Part shown: positions 25,240-38,662 of the stretch, piece after piece | Layout of the letters: each line of letters opens with the position of its first letter | How positions within the stretch are numbered: position 1 is the stretch's first letter | Assembly: GCA_965178125.1 (NCBI GenBank) | Contig: OZ237749.1 | Location: forward strand, 62,001-126,000 | Length of the DNA: 64,000 nucleotides | Reading direction: 5' to 3' | Source of the DNA: Bilabrum cf. latius | Lineage: Eukaryota | Position numbers and translations under genes: made by a program | Notes under the pieces: generated by a model | Database searches by the model: none | What the model saw: the letters and a program-made list of their open reading frames with translations, nothing else | Told to the model about the DNA's origin: nothing

Positions 25240-27113
25240 ATGGCTTTGGACGTTTGCGGACTGGTATAGCTTGATACAGAGATAGGAAAAGCGGGGATGA
25301 TCGGAAGACTTGCGGTCGTGTAGTTTTTCTCAACGCGGACAGAGGAGGTTGCACGCGAAGCTCTTGCACCCAGCCTAGATCTGTACGGCTCCGATCCAAG
25401 AGTTTACTTTTTGAAAGTAGAACGGACGATGAACCCGGGTGCCCTGGACAAGTATGGCATTGATATCCTTCCCACCGTTGTGATTTTCAAGAGTGGCGCT
25501 GCAGTGGCAACTCTTGTTGGGAACGATTCAGCAAGACTCTAGATAGAAATTGAGCGTGAGGTATGCGCCTGCACTCTATATATAGACTTGCCATGGCACC
25601 GCAAGGCTAATAGTGCCGGGTTTCGATAGTTGTGCTTCCCACCCGTTCGTGAGGTATCGCAGGATGTCTTGATGTGGTGCAGCAAAAGGAATGTGAGTTG
25701 AATCCTCGGAAATTTGTAAGCCCGTTCAGCCGTAAAGCATTTCAGCCTGTAGTTTCCCAAAGCACTTGCTCCGGCGTACTCGCAGCGAAGACATCATCCA
25801 GAGGCGACACCGGAAGCGCCGCAGGCTCCAAGGCACCAGCACGAGGCGATAGTCAGCAGCAGGAAGCAATGAATGCAGATGATTCTGCGCCGGCTAGTGG
25901 CGCAGGCGCGGGGTAGGTTGATGGCGAGATGGTGGAGCCGCCCGTGGACGAGGGCCTGCTCCGCCAGCTGGCGGGTGGCGCCGCTAGTTCGAGCGAGGGC
26001 GGTCCTGCTCAGAGTGGGGCACAGGGCGAAGGATAGGGCCAGCTGGGTATGATGGGCGAGGATGACGGGGAGGAAGGGGGTGAGGGGAAGCAGCAAGATG
26101 GGGGTGAGGGCGAGGACGGCGGGCTGGGGATTAGCCGGAACAGAGCGGTCCGGGCCCTGTTCCTTGGCCGGTGCCGCACGGTGGAAGAGGCGATCGAATG
26201 GCTGGAGGAGCATCAGGACGACGACATGGGCGCGGACGAGCCGCTGCTCGTGTCGGAGGCGGCGGCAGCAGTGGCCCGGCTGTCGCTCGAGTCGGGCGTG
26301 ACGGGCGCCGTGGCGGGCGGCGATCATGGGGAGGGGGGAGGGGCGGGGGGTCACGCGAGCGCCGATGGGGAGCTGGGCACGAAGAGGAAGCTGACGAAGG
26401 CTGAGCTGGAGGAGCGCATCCGCAAGCGGCGGCGCGAGAAAGCCGAGGCGGAGCGACAGATGAGCAAGGAGCGCGAGAGGAAGCGCAGGGAGGAGGGGCG
26501 GAAGCTGGCGCAGGTGGCGACGCAGATGGAGGAGCAGAGGAGGAGGAGGGACCGGGAGGAGAGGGAGAGAGAGAAGCGGGCGCGGAAGGAGGAGAGGGTT
26601 CGCCTCAGGAAGCAGATGCTCAGGGACAGGGCGGAGAGGCTGGCGGCACAGGGGGACGCGGAGGGCGCCAAGAAGCTGCTGGAGGAGGTGGCTGCTCTCG
26701 GGGTGGATGCCCTGGCGGCGGGGAGGGGCAAGCCGGTGGGGCAGCGGATGGACGAGGCCGTCAAGTCGCTGTCGCAGTACAGGGCAGGGGCGGAGGGGCT
26801 GAGATCGCTCAAGATGCTGCGTCTGATCGTGGACAACGCGGTCAGCAAGGGTCTGCCGGACAGCGGGGCCGCGTCCGGGGCGGCGGGGGGAGGGGAACAC
26901 CTCAAGTACAGAAAGGTGAACACGAAGTCGAAGGCGTTCGAAAGCAGAGTGCAGGGCTTCAAGGGCGGCATGTCGCTGCTGCTAGCGGCTGGGTTCGCGC
27001 GCGTGGAGGGCGACTTTGATCGGCTCGAGTGCAATCCCGAGGACCCGGCCACCCTAGAGAACCTGCGCTCCGCCCGTGATAAGCTGGATGCGGCAATTGC
27101 AGAGCTAAGCTGA
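25240..27113 (+). CDS. Thioredoxin-like (no CXXC) + UBA + coiled-coil + PUB domain protein, probable p97/Cdc48 cofactor; exon 1 25240-~25560, last exon from ~25786; 5 in-frame TAG
   Basis: Exon 1 is absent from the ORF track because of 3 TAG. It reads MALDVCGLV*LDTEIGKAGMIGRLAVV*FFSTRTEEVAREALAP...VYFLKVE...KYGIDILPTVVIFKSG...LVGNDSARL*IEIE (thioredoxin fold). UBA: VDEGLLRQL...GISRNRAVRAL...VEEAIEWLEEH. PUB: LRLIVDNA...KYRKVNTKSKAF...LLLAAGF. TGA stop. Exact splice sites are uncertain. Confidence 0.75.
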
Positions 27114-27435
27114 GTCTCTTGGTGCGCCTCTCTGCGCCTGTTGAATCTTTTGCGTCTCTTTCTTGTGGCATTCATTAGCCTACCAGTGTGGCCAGGCCGG
27201 GCGGCACCGCTGGTTCACCTGCGCTCTTGCAGCTGTTGCAATGCCCCCACTCCTGCCTGAAAGATGTGCGACGTCCCAAGTAAGGGGTTTAAACAGCGGC
27301 ACAGTTCCTAATCCAGCTCGCTGAACCAACGATAGCCACTGCTCCGGCGGTTCCGGGGTTGCAGTATAACGTGGCAAAGACGGGGGAAAGCGAGATCAGG
27401 CGCATACTTGAGGGTTTTCGTCAAGAAAACTAATC

Positions 27436-30400
27436 ATGAGCACCCGCATATCTGGTACATCTCCGGGAGGTTCGTCGCAAACCGTGGCCGACTTGCTTGA
27501 AGCTGTACTGGGCATTGCGGACGACGGGAACGAAGCTGGGCCGTCGCTGGGATCCACCAGAGGCAGTACTCCCGGGGATGCCCCTCAGCTTGTGGATGCT
27601 GCATCTCGTGCTATTTAGATTCATGCGATGGCGGACGCTGGTACTGTTTCGCTTCGGTCATATCGGGCAGTACGAGCCGGGCTGCTTCGCAGAGTTGGGG
27701 TAATTCGAAGCATAGAGCCTCGGGACCCGCTCACAGAGATATCAGGTCGGCTTCTGATAGCAACTGGGAATATTGTTAGTTTTTTGCAGTCACGCGCTTG
27801 CACCCCATTGCCGTTTTCCTCCTCAGCGCTGTGGTCAACTCCAATTCAGTCGTAAATATTCTGTCGCAGGCGCAAGCTGTGGCAAGATCGGCGGCCAAGC
27901 CGGATGTCCAAGAATGCATACGTCAATTCAAGGAAGCTTCGTTGAAAGCGGTCGCGGGGTAGACAGCCGTGCCGTCGCGAGCGAGTGCCGCGCTGTGCCA
28001 CGGCCTTGCGACAGCCACCGCCGTATGCTTGGCTCCACTCGTGGAAGCAGAGGCCGCAGAAGAAGAAGCCCTCAAGTCAGATACGGGAGGATGGAACATG
28101 GCGAGCCCGCTGCGGAGCAGCCCGCAGGCCATTTCGCAAGGCCTCGCTGCGCTCCGCCGCACGGCAGCCGGTGGAGCCGCTGGTCCTGGCTCCGGCGCAC
28201 CTGGTGCGGTGAGCTCGGGGCAGCCTAGCGCCCCACAAACACTAGTGGAGGCCAAAGCCGCCTCTGCTGCGGCCGTAAAGAACATGGGAGACGCCCTGGA
28301 GGCACTCAGCAGGGCCGTAGCGGCTGTGGCGCACGGCGCCGCGAGACGAGCCTCCACAGCTGCCGCAGCTGCCGCGGCGCCATCCAGCGGAGCGCCGTCC
28401 CGCCCCGTTGGACAGGCTCTCGTGACTGCCCTACGGGCCACCATCCTCAACCCTCAGTGCGCGGGCACCCTGGCAGCCGTGCTTCCCCTCATGCAGCACC
28501 GGCCTGGTGCCGTCCGCCGCGCCGCCCCGCACCTGGTGCTGTCCTCACTCCTGCTCGCCTCGGTCGTGGAGCAGGTGCCCGAGCTCAAGGCCGCCGCGGA
28601 GCACGTGGACTCGGGCGAGCGCGAGGAGGTGCTCTTCTTCGCCAGGATGCGGGCCAGCAGGGCCGGCATGGCCAGCCTCAAAGCGACCCTGCCGGAGCCC
28701 CAGCTGAGGCCAGGGGACACGGAGGCGGGCCGCTCCGAGGAGCAGAAGGAGGCAGTGGAGGCCGTGAGAGCCATCCGTTTGCTGGTAAGGGGGACATCCG
28801 CTGCCCTGGGTGCTCTGTGCGCCGGCCCCGAGATGGAGGAGGAGGAAGAGGGTTGGCTCGGGGGCTGGCTGGCCTCTCGGATCTTCGACGGGGGGCTGCT
28901 GGCGGTGCCATGCAGCGCGCGGGGACCGGAAACAGAGGCGGACGTCGAGGCGGCGATGGTGGCCATCGGAGCAAGGGCCGCAGGTGCAGCGGAAGGCGGC
29001 GCGGCGGCGGCGGCTGCTGCCACCGGAGCGGGTGCCCCTGCGCCCAGCAGGCATAATAGGAAGACCCTCCGGTTGCGTCTCGAGACCGCCATAGACGAGG
29101 CAAGGACCAGATCGTCGGCGGATGGGTCCGAGGCGCAGGCGCTGGCAGATGCTAGCAGTGGCTGGGACGGTCTCCTGACGGCAGCTGCCCGGGCCGCTGG
29201 GGTGGGGGGCACGGGCGGTGCGGCCTGTACTGCCGTTGGCCCGGCGGCGGCTTCAGGGGAAGAAGAGTAGGAGGAGGGTGCCTCTATTCCTACGGAGGCG
29301 CTCGGAGCCCTGCCTCCACTGCAAGCGGCCCTGCAGTGCGCCCGGGCCATGGGCAAGGACTGTCCTCCCGAGCTGTAGGCGGCGGCGAGGCCCACTTGCC
29401 GACCAGACAGGGGCGATTCGGCTGCATGCACCAAGTTCATCTGGACGCTCTTCAAGAAGACCAAGAAACCCAGCGGAGGTGCCGCTGCTGCTTCGCTGCC
29501 GAACGGTGGTCGAGGGCTGGGGATCGACTCGAGTACGTGGCCACCCCCCTCCAAGACAGGCAAGCAGCTGCGCAAGTGGGCTCTCAAGTCGCTGACCCGC
29601 GTGGAGCTCAGGGCCACCACGTTCACTGGGGATGACGGCAAGAAGCTGGTCGAGGTGGATGTGGCTTTTTTGGCGGCGTTCCTGAGGCACAGCGGGATGT
29701 GGAAGGAGCTGGCTGCGCAGGTCAAGGCAGCCAAAGACGCGGTCGCTGAGGGCGGCCCCGCCCCTGACCTGAGCAAGGCCCTGCCAGGTCCTGAGGCTGG
29801 CGGCCCCATCGCAGCTGCGATGAACGTGCTGTCCAGCACCAGGGCCAGGATCATGAAGAACATGGCCGCGCTGGAGAGCAGTGCCACCTCGCCGGAGGAA
29901 GGAGGCGGTGCGGTCCTCGAGGAGGAGGACGAGGAGGACGGTGAGACAGGTGCCCCTCCAACCGAAGGAGGCAGCGCCGCTGCAGCAGAGCCTGCCTCCG
30001 GGGCGGGCGGTCCTTCCTCGGGTGCCGGCGAGGACGGCCTAGCCAGGCAGCAGACGGGGCAGCAGGTCAGGATCCGCTCCCGCCGCTAGATGAGCGTCCT
30101 GCATGCCGCCACCGGCCAGGACTTGGTGGACGCAGCAAGGGGCGCGCTGATGCTGTGGGCCTTCTGCGCGGCGGGCGCGGGGCCCCTGCAGCATGAGGGC
30201 CTGGCGCGGGCGAGCCGAGCCTCTGCAGCGGCGCACGCGCAGGAACCGCCTACGAACGACAGGGTGAAGAGGGAGTTCCAGCTGCAGGCTAGCTTCGGCG
30301 TCATGTTTCAGGAGGCCGCCGATGAGGCAGCCGGCATCAAGCCGAGCGGACCCAGTGAGAGCGTCCGCGAGATCGCCAAAAATCGGGCGGAAGCTTTCGT

Positions 30401-33400
30401 GCGGGTGCACCCCGACGCGCGCAAGGATGGCCTCAAGCCGGTCCTCACTGCCCTGGAGATTCTCATGGGCGAGACGCACACTCTGGACCTTGGGTCGCTG
30501 GCAGGGGCGCTGCACAGGAGGAGGCAGAGGGCAGCGGATCGAGTCATTGGGCTCAGGGGCTTGGAGCTGCTCCTGGCCGGGATGAGCAGACAGGGGGCGT
30601 TTCGCGCACCCCACCCCGCTCGCATGCCCACGAGTGCTCTGCTGCTCAGCGCGGATGCTCTGTGGTGCATGCCCGACGCGCTGCGGGTGCGTTCTGCGTA
30701 CGAGCGGCGCCGTGGCCTCAAGCAGGGCCCTGGGCACGCACTGCGGCCGGGCCACAGGCAGGCGCTTCACCTCGAGGCGGGGCTGAGGGGAGCACCGGTG
30801 CAGCTGGTGGAAGCCGTGCGACTGGCGGGGGGGCGGGTGCTGGGCCGGGCGCTTTCCCTTCTCGAAAGCGCGAGCCAGCCTGCCGCGTGTAACGTGCCCC
30901 TCGCGGTCATGAGCAGCGCGTGCATCGCACTGCACTGGAGACCAACACGGGACGACGGGCGGCTGCTCGCGGCGCTGTACGCCGAGGATCGCCTTCGAAA
31001 GCTGGCGGATTTCCGTGCCCAGCTGGCAGAGATAGGCCGGTGCGTGGACGGGGCCGGTGCCGTGGTGGCGACCGCAGGCCTCGACTCCCAGGGCGCTTTC
31101 CCAGACAACAGCCGGTACTCAGCAGAGTCTCTGATGAAGAGTCTTCCGGCCATCGCAGACGCCGTCCGTGCGGGCGACATGTCCACACGGGAGCTGGCGG
31201 CTCTGCTCGTAATCGCGGCGCAGCGGGGCACCACTGCGGGCTAGAGGCTCAATGAGGACGACAAAATGGGAATCCCGGCCCTGGCGCCAGAGCTGCTGGA
31301 GCCCACTGCAACCGTGCAGTCCGTGTCCGAATCCATGAGCGCCTAGGAGATGCTCGCGCAGCTGGCCCTGGCCACGCACACCTCCAAGCTGTATGCCGCC
31401 CCCCGACTGGGCCAGAAGTCGTGGCGGTGGTTTAACCCAAGCAGCGACATGGTCAAAGTGGCGCGCAGCCGCTACGCCTCCAACGACCTGGGTCTGGCCC
31501 CTTCCTTCCTCACCCCTCAGCCGGGCCTTGAGGCGGCCATGCACGAGGTCGTGGGCCGCACCGGGGCGGATGGTCGGGCCGTCCTGGCCTGCGCGAGGGC
31601 GGCCCACGACCTCGTTCGCATCGCGATGCACGCTGCAGACGCCTCGGACGGGTTGGGCGAGCTGGCCGTCCCTCCGGGGGCCATGCGGCTCCATGACGAG
31701 CACGGTGCAGATGCGGCGGCTGCAGCGGCCACGGGCCACCCCGGTGTCCCCGCCATCGAGGGGATCACTGCCCCGCCCCGAGACAAGCTCCTGCGAGACG
31801 CGGTGGCGCACTCAGCTGCCTCACTCGTGCTGGACATGAGGGAGATCACGCTGGCGATCGTGGACGCGGAGACGGGCGCGGCCGGCGGCGCGGCTGTCGG
31901 TGGCCAAGGATCGCAAAGCGGTGCCTTGGGCCTCAAGCACCCGGGCGAGCGGCCGTGGAGGGTTGCTCGGCTGCGCGAGCTGCTGCGCGCCGTCCTCGTG
32001 CTGCTGGAGACCCCCGACGCCTGGGACGCTGTGGCATCGGCGCCCGGCATTGGCGCCTCTCGCCCGCCCAACTCGTACATCCCTGCCGTGGCACGGGTCA
32101 TGTGCGAGGGCGGCAATCCGTTCGCCCTCGCCGAGCTCCTGCTGGCCTGCCCGCACTCCCTGCAGCCGCAGGTGCACCTTATCCTCAGGAGGATCCTGCC
32201 GACCGTCTCCCCGGGGGACATGTCAAACGCGCTGCTGGCCGTGCTGGGCCGGGTGGCCCCCTGGGTGCGAGACCGGCTGCTAGTGCGGTGCGGGTCCGAG
32301 CCCCTTGCGCCCACCACAAGGGGATTTCCTTCGGGTGCACCAGGGGACATTTTGCCCACCCTGCTGCTGGCCATGGCCGCTGCCGGGTCACTACCGTGCG
32401 ACGGGTGCGCCTTGAGCGAGGCTGCCATCCGCAGCGGGACGCCTTCTCTGCTGCCCAGGGAGCAGCTGTCCCTGCGCCAGGCGGTGCTGAAGCTGCCCTG
32501 CTTCACCAGCGTCCCGTTCGGGCACGCGGGCGGGGCCTGCACCTTTAGCGTGGCCTCGCTCGCCGCCGATACCTTGCGCTCGCTCAAGCAGAGCACAGGC
32601 GCGAGATTCTCCGATGAATGGTCCGCGCTTGCAGTGGGCTGCATCCGGGGCGCCATCAGCGGCAGTGGGGGCTCCGGAGGCAGCGGGCACGAGTTTATTC
32701 GGCAGAACAACCTGACGGGGATGGTGCAGGTGCTCGTCGGCACGGAGGGCAGGTCCACCATCCCGGGCCTGGCGCCGCTAAGGGGCACTGACCTGGAGCT
32801 GGCCGTCCTAGCGGAGGCGGCCGCGGCTGCGTGGGTCCTGGGTGGGGGTCGCAGTGCCGCCGGCCCGGGAACGTGCTACGCGGACCGCAGCGCGCCCGGG
32901 GGCGCCGAGCAGGACCCCGGGGATGGGGATGGTGGCCGGCAGGGCGCCCCTGCGAACGACCGTGACCTGCTGGAGGGGATGTATGACGAGTGCAGAGAGG
33001 GCGTGATGCTGAGCTGGGAGCCGGGCATGTCGCACGTTGTGGTGCTGCAGAAACCGGAGGATAGCGACGGGTCCGGGACGGGCGGGGCGGGGCAGGGCGG
33101 CCCGCAGTTCGGCAGCCGCGTGAACCGCGCGGGTCGGTGCGAGCTGCCATTCGAGGGCTCGTGGGAGTCGGATGGAGCGTGGGCCAGCGGACCCTTCGCC
33201 TCTGCGGGGGCGCGGCACGCTGCCAGCACCGCCGTGGGACAGGTGAGCTGCGTGCCGGTGGCCGACTCGCTGCCTTTTCTTCGCAGCAAAGGCGACTTTG
33301 ACCTGGGCTACGCCTCTTGCCCGCCTCCGCTGCTGGTGGAGGCCGGCGCGAGGGCTTCCGTGGGACACGTGCTGGTGCTGCCTGCCAGCAGTATCCGCCC

Positions 33401-36400
33401 GGTGACCTCGGTGGCGCCGTACACGGATGCGGGTCATTCCATGTCCTCCAGCGGCAGCTTCTTCGAATCGTTCCGGCTGCTCGCCAAGGTGCACTCGGAC
33501 GCGCTTTAGAATCAGCGGGCGCTCGACGCCGCGGCGCTCGTGGGACGGGACGCCGAGGACGAAGCGGAGGGCAGCCGGGCGAGGGAGGCGGCGGTGCTGC
33601 AGGAGAAATCGGCCCAGGCAGTTCGGGCGGCGCTGAGGCGGAGAGTGTTCCAGGCCATGGTGCACCTGATGCGGAGCCCTTCCCAGCTCCAGCTTGTGGC
33701 AGATGTGCAGCACAACTTCCTGCGCACGCTCACCCAGGTGGCGCTGGAGCCAATGAAGTTCAAGAATTTTCAGAAGCCAGAGGTGGTGGAGGACCAGTGC
33801 GACGCGCTGGCGGGCATCGTCCTGGCTTCGGCAAGGGAAGGGGGCTGGCTGGGACACACTAGGCTTGCGGTGCGAGGGGACATACTGCAGGGGGAGCTGG
33901 TGCGACCGGAGGGGGCGGTTGCGGCATCGCCTGTAGCGGAGGGTGAGGAGGGCGCGGCGGGCGCCGAGGCGGCCTCATTGGCGTCCTCGCTGGGACACAA
34001 GGTGACGCCCGATATCTTCCGGTCCGCACAGGCTGTTCACTAGGCTACGGAGCGTGACATCCGGGTGTGCATCGCCGCGGTGGTCAAGTGCGACGGCGAC
34101 CAGAGCAACGCAGTGCAGTACCTCCTGGAGCGGGGGCGAGACGCCGACATTCTGCAGAGAGAGGTGGAGGGGGCAGAGGGCGAGGACGAGGGGCTAGGCG
34201 AGGCAGCGACCATGATCTCTCAGCTCAAGAGGACCCCTCTGATCCCGGACGAAGCCAAGGTGGGCGCGACTGCCTTGGATGCCGCGGATGACGAGGACGG
34301 GGCTGCTGCCGTAGGGAGCGGTGGAGTGTCGGGCACCGCTGTCGAGGAGGAGAGGGAGGACGCGGGTACCTCTGGCAAGCTGACTCCGGGGGGGCACACC
34401 AAGCACGGCATAGGGTCCATGGAAGGCATGCTCCTGAGAACGGCGTCGCAGATGGACGGAGGGGCACCGACAGACTGGGGTGCCTCGCTGTCGCAGCTGA
34501 CGGCTGGCTCGCGGGCGATGAGGGCCCTCGCCGTGGGCGGGCACGCGGCGGTGCAGCCCACTGTGGCGCGGGCCCCGATCGGCTCCCTGCCCGAAGCCGT
34601 GGCCATGCCCCTCGACCTGGGGGCGCCAGCCACTGGGAGCGAGGGCCCCATGCTGGGCTGCCCCGTGGTGCTGGGGGGCAGCTTCGGCGGCCAGCACGGG
34701 GGCCCGCCGCCTGACCTCGCTGCTTCATTGCGGTCCATCGGCGGCACCGTGCCCCTGCAACACCTGGGCGGCGCGGGCGTGCTGGGCCACGTGGTGGGCA
34801 GGAAGGCGCTGCTGGGGGGCTCTCCAGGGCACACGCGGGTGACCGTGAGCGTGCCGGCAGGGGGCAATCTGGACGGGTCGCTAGTCATCGCGGTGCCCAT
34901 CGCACGCGTCGGTCTGCTGCAGGGGCAGTTCGGAGCGACGACAGCCGGCGTCTCGGAGGCGATGGCGCGCGGCAGCCTGCTCGACGCCGCCACTCGGGCC
35001 GAGGAGGCAGCAGGCGCGGCGGCCGCTCGTCGGGCCGTGGGCGCGATCTTCGTGGGCTGGCCTGATAGCCTACACTTCGACCCCGGCAAAATGGGCGGGG
35101 TCAGCCGCATCGTGAGGCTGGCCAGGTATCTCACTGCGTCCCAGGGCATCTTCACGGCTGGCATGCGCGCGGCGGTGTCGGCGGCGGCTGGGGCGGCAGC
35201 GGGGACCGAGAACGATGTCGCGGGTGGGGGTGCTGCGGCTGGCCCCGCTTCGGGTGCAGGAGGAGTTGGTAACAGCGGCAGCGGTGCGACCGTTAGCGGG
35301 GGCAGCGGGGGCGGTGTTGGCGGCGGGTCTACCGCGGGGTCCTCGGTGCTGGTGCAGTCGCTCATGTCTCGAGTGAAGCGCTGCATCGAGGAGGACGCTG
35401 ACCCTCCTTCGTGGGCTGGTTTCAAGTGGACGTGTCCCACCTGCAGCGTGCAGAACGAAGCGGGCGAAAGGGGCGAGCAGGAGGCTTGCATGGTGTGTAT
35501 GTCGCCCCGTCCCCGGCTGCCAAACCGCTCCAGCAAGATGCACGACGTGCTGCTGGACGAGTGCTCCAGCAGCATCATGGAGGCCGCCATCACCGTCTCC
35601 AACCGACCCACCGTGTTTGGCAGGCGCGATGGATCCGGGCAGGTCGAGGCCCAGTCACAGCACCCGGTGGGCCCCAGGGAGCCCATCGTCCCAATCTCAG
35701 TGCCGGGGGCTTCCTCTCTGTACGTGACCTTTGACCCGTCCACCAGGACCCCGCTGGAGCAGCCAGACACTCGGGTGGAGTTCTATGCCGACAGCAAGTG
35801 CACCAGCCTGGTTGCCGTTCGCAAGGGGCCGCCGCACGCCTTCAAGCCGTTCATCGCGCCGGTCTCGAAGCTCTTCGTACGCACCGTTCATCGGCGCAGA
35901 CCAGCACTCCCCTGGGATGGGTGGCGCTGCACGGCCCGCGGGATGAGCGGGGTCCGCTGGTCGAGCGAGCAGGACGTGGAGTACATGCCCTCCCTCGAGT
36001 GGGGCTCGTGGCTGCTGCAGTTCATGGCCAGCGAGGCGCTGACCCCTGCGCTGCTGCAAAGGGGTGCTCTTCACAAAGCGGGCGTCATTGGGGCTCTCGG
36101 CAGCTTCATCAAGGCGCCCAGGGTGCCCTTCAAGCAGACTGCCATGCGAAGCCTGCTGCAGCTTATAAGCTGTCCGCAGTACTTCAACTCGAGCGGGTCA
36201 GACAGGCCCAGCATGAAGCTGTTCTTGGACCTGCAAGGGCCCATCGAGAGGGGATGTCTCGAGGAGGGTGACATCAGAGGGGGGGACGAGAACTCGCTGA
36301 GGGACGCGGCAGGAAGCCTCTTCCTAGCGGAAGAGGCCCAGGCCATCTGCGAGATCATCGCAGCGGCCGACATTGCCAACAAGCATCAGGCCAAGAGCAC

Positions 36401-38444
36401 AGGGTCACCCTACCTGTGCCCAGTGGACGTCGCCGCGTTCGAGGCAGCCGCGCCGATGGAGCACCAGGGGCCTCTGTGGGACCCGAACCAGGGCCCCGAG
36501 GGGTGCTTCCCCCCTCTCAACACAGGGAACAAGGTGCCATCCGACTTCAACCGCTGCTCGGAGATCGTCGCCGTGGCGGCTCTCCGTGAAGTGCTCAAGG
36601 GTCTCGTCGTGGCGGTGGACCTACACGCCAGGGCCGTCCGCCCCGCTCGCATCCCAGACCCGTGGGTCGTGGCTGCGATTCGGCTGGCAGACGGGGAGCC
36701 CTCGGATAGGAGCCGCCTGCCCGTGGGTCGGCTGCACGAGGCGCACGTTTTGCTCAGCGAGTGGACCCGCGAGATGGACGAGGACATGGTGGCCTTCCTG
36801 CAGGAAAGGGCCATCCGCGGCGAGGTCCCCATGCAGGACCTACGCCCGCACACCATGAACGTCACGCAGCGCGACAGGGCAGCCTACATCAACCTTGCCC
36901 TCCCGAGCATAGAGTCGGTCAGGATGCGCGCCTCTCTGCTCATCTTGGTGAACCGCGCCATCAGCCGCTGCATCCGGCTCGTCGATGCGCGCGCCCCGCT
37001 GGGAGCCACATCGGTTGGCGGGATGCTGCGCCGCATGGCCCACATCGTATTTCCCGACTCGGTGATGCCAGTGATGGAGAAAGCCCTGATTGCCACACGC
37101 AACGACGAGAGGAGCAGCCTCTCGGTCACCCTGGATCGCGTGGAGGCGGCTGAGTCCGCCCAGGGAGGGGAGGTATCGCCCTCTAGATCCCACTGCTTCT
37201 TCGCGCAGCTATACAGGCAGCTGGAGAGGCAGCCTGCCTCCCGCATGCGTTGCAAGCTGGACGACAAGGACCGTCTCTTCAAGGTGACCTACAAAGGGGA
37301 GGACGGGATCGACTGGGGAGGGCTGTTCAGGGACATGTTCTCCACCGTCATGGACGAGCTCTTCAGCGCCAACCCAGCCATTGCGCTCTTCGCGCCTACG
37401 CCAGCGCACCGCGCATTTTTGGCTGGTACTGCGCCAGCACACACGGGTACAGATGAGGTATACGTGCCCGTGGCATCCGCACGGAACGCCTAGGCATCGG
37501 GAATGATGAAGTTTGTGGGGGTGCTGATGGGAATCTCCCTGCGGTACAAGCTCTATCTCGACTTCAAGCTGGCGCCCATCGCCTGGAAGCTCATGGTCGG
37601 CGAGGAGCCCACCGCGGCTGACATCAAGGAGGTGGACCCCGTGGTGGGCACTACCCTCGTGAACATCCTGCAGTGGGATCCAGAGAGGGCGGAGCGCGAC
37701 CAGGCGGGTAGTGGCGGTGCTGCCGACGGCGGCGAGGCAGCTGCTAGCTCTGGTGCGGCCGATGAGAGTGTACAGACGGCGGCCGAGCGCGACTTTGACA
37801 ACAAATTCCCCGATTTGTTCTTCGTCGACATGCTAGACCGGCGTACGCCTCTCATGGTGGGAGGAGAGACCACGCCCGTGACGCCCTCAAACCGCCTCGA
37901 ATTCGTGCACCGCGTGGTCCAGAGATATGCTGGGCAGTTCAAGGTGGCCTGTCGTGCCATGCGGCGGGGGCTAGCCGTGGTGGTGCCCGACCGTGCTCTC
38001 TCCCTTTGCTCCTGGCGCAACTTGGAGGGGCTCGTGTGCGGGCCATCCATCATCGACGCGACGCTGCTGAAGCGTCACACGAGGTACATCCGAGGCTTCC
38101 CAGCGGACTGTAACACGGCCAAATGGCTTTGGGAGATCATCGAGGACATGAGCAACCGAGAGAGGCAGCAGCTGATCCGGTATGCGTGGGGCCGCAGCAA
38201 GCTTCCTCACGGCAAAGATGGCTGGAAGGACGCCAAAGGCAAGCCCGTGCATTTCAACCTCTCCCCTTACATGAGGGACGTGGGGGGCGGCCACCTGGTC
38301 ATGGGTGGGGACGAGTCTCTGATCGAGGCACACACGTGCTTCTTCTGGCTAAAGCTGCCGCAGTACACCAGTAAGGCCAAACTACTGAGGAATCTGCAAC
38401 GGTCAATCACAGAGGGCCTCGCCTCTGGCATGCAGATTGCGTGA
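27436..38444 (+). CDS. Large HECT-type E3 ubiquitin ligase (~3,637 aa) with UBA-like segment, RanBP2-type zinc finger, CUB-like region and C-terminal HECT; exon 1 27436-27774, intron 27775-27869; 10 in-frame TAG
   Basis: Track ORFs starting 27969, 29601, 30090, 31350, 33540, 34065 and 37503 share one frame and are separated only by TAG. HECT motifs: FKVTYKGEDGIDWGGLFRD, FVGVLMGISLR, LEGLVCG, catalytic AHTCFFWLKLPQY. Zinc finger WTCPTCSVQN...CMVCMSPRP. GTTAGT...TCGCAG phase-0 intron; TGA stop. Confidence 0.88.
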
Positions 38445-38662
38445 GCCCACGTGGCCCTTGCCACTGGGTCCTAGTTCAAGGAGTCGACTGGGCGTCGCCA
38501 GTGGGCGATCTTCAAGTCCGTAATGGCCACGGATCCCCCGCCGGATAGACTGATCCGGTCGGATGTTGAACTGAAATCTTGGTGTAAGTTTAGTTTTGCG
38601 CACACCATTTCTGGTCAAATATTTTTTTTAACTCCAAATCCGGGACTAAAGCAACGCCTGCT

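Noticed and set aside
25683-25692. Possible 10-nt microexon (CAAAAGGAAT) in the Trx-UBA-PUB gene
   Set aside because: Phase-compatible, but a single intron 25556-25785 also restores the frame; undecidable without cDNA.
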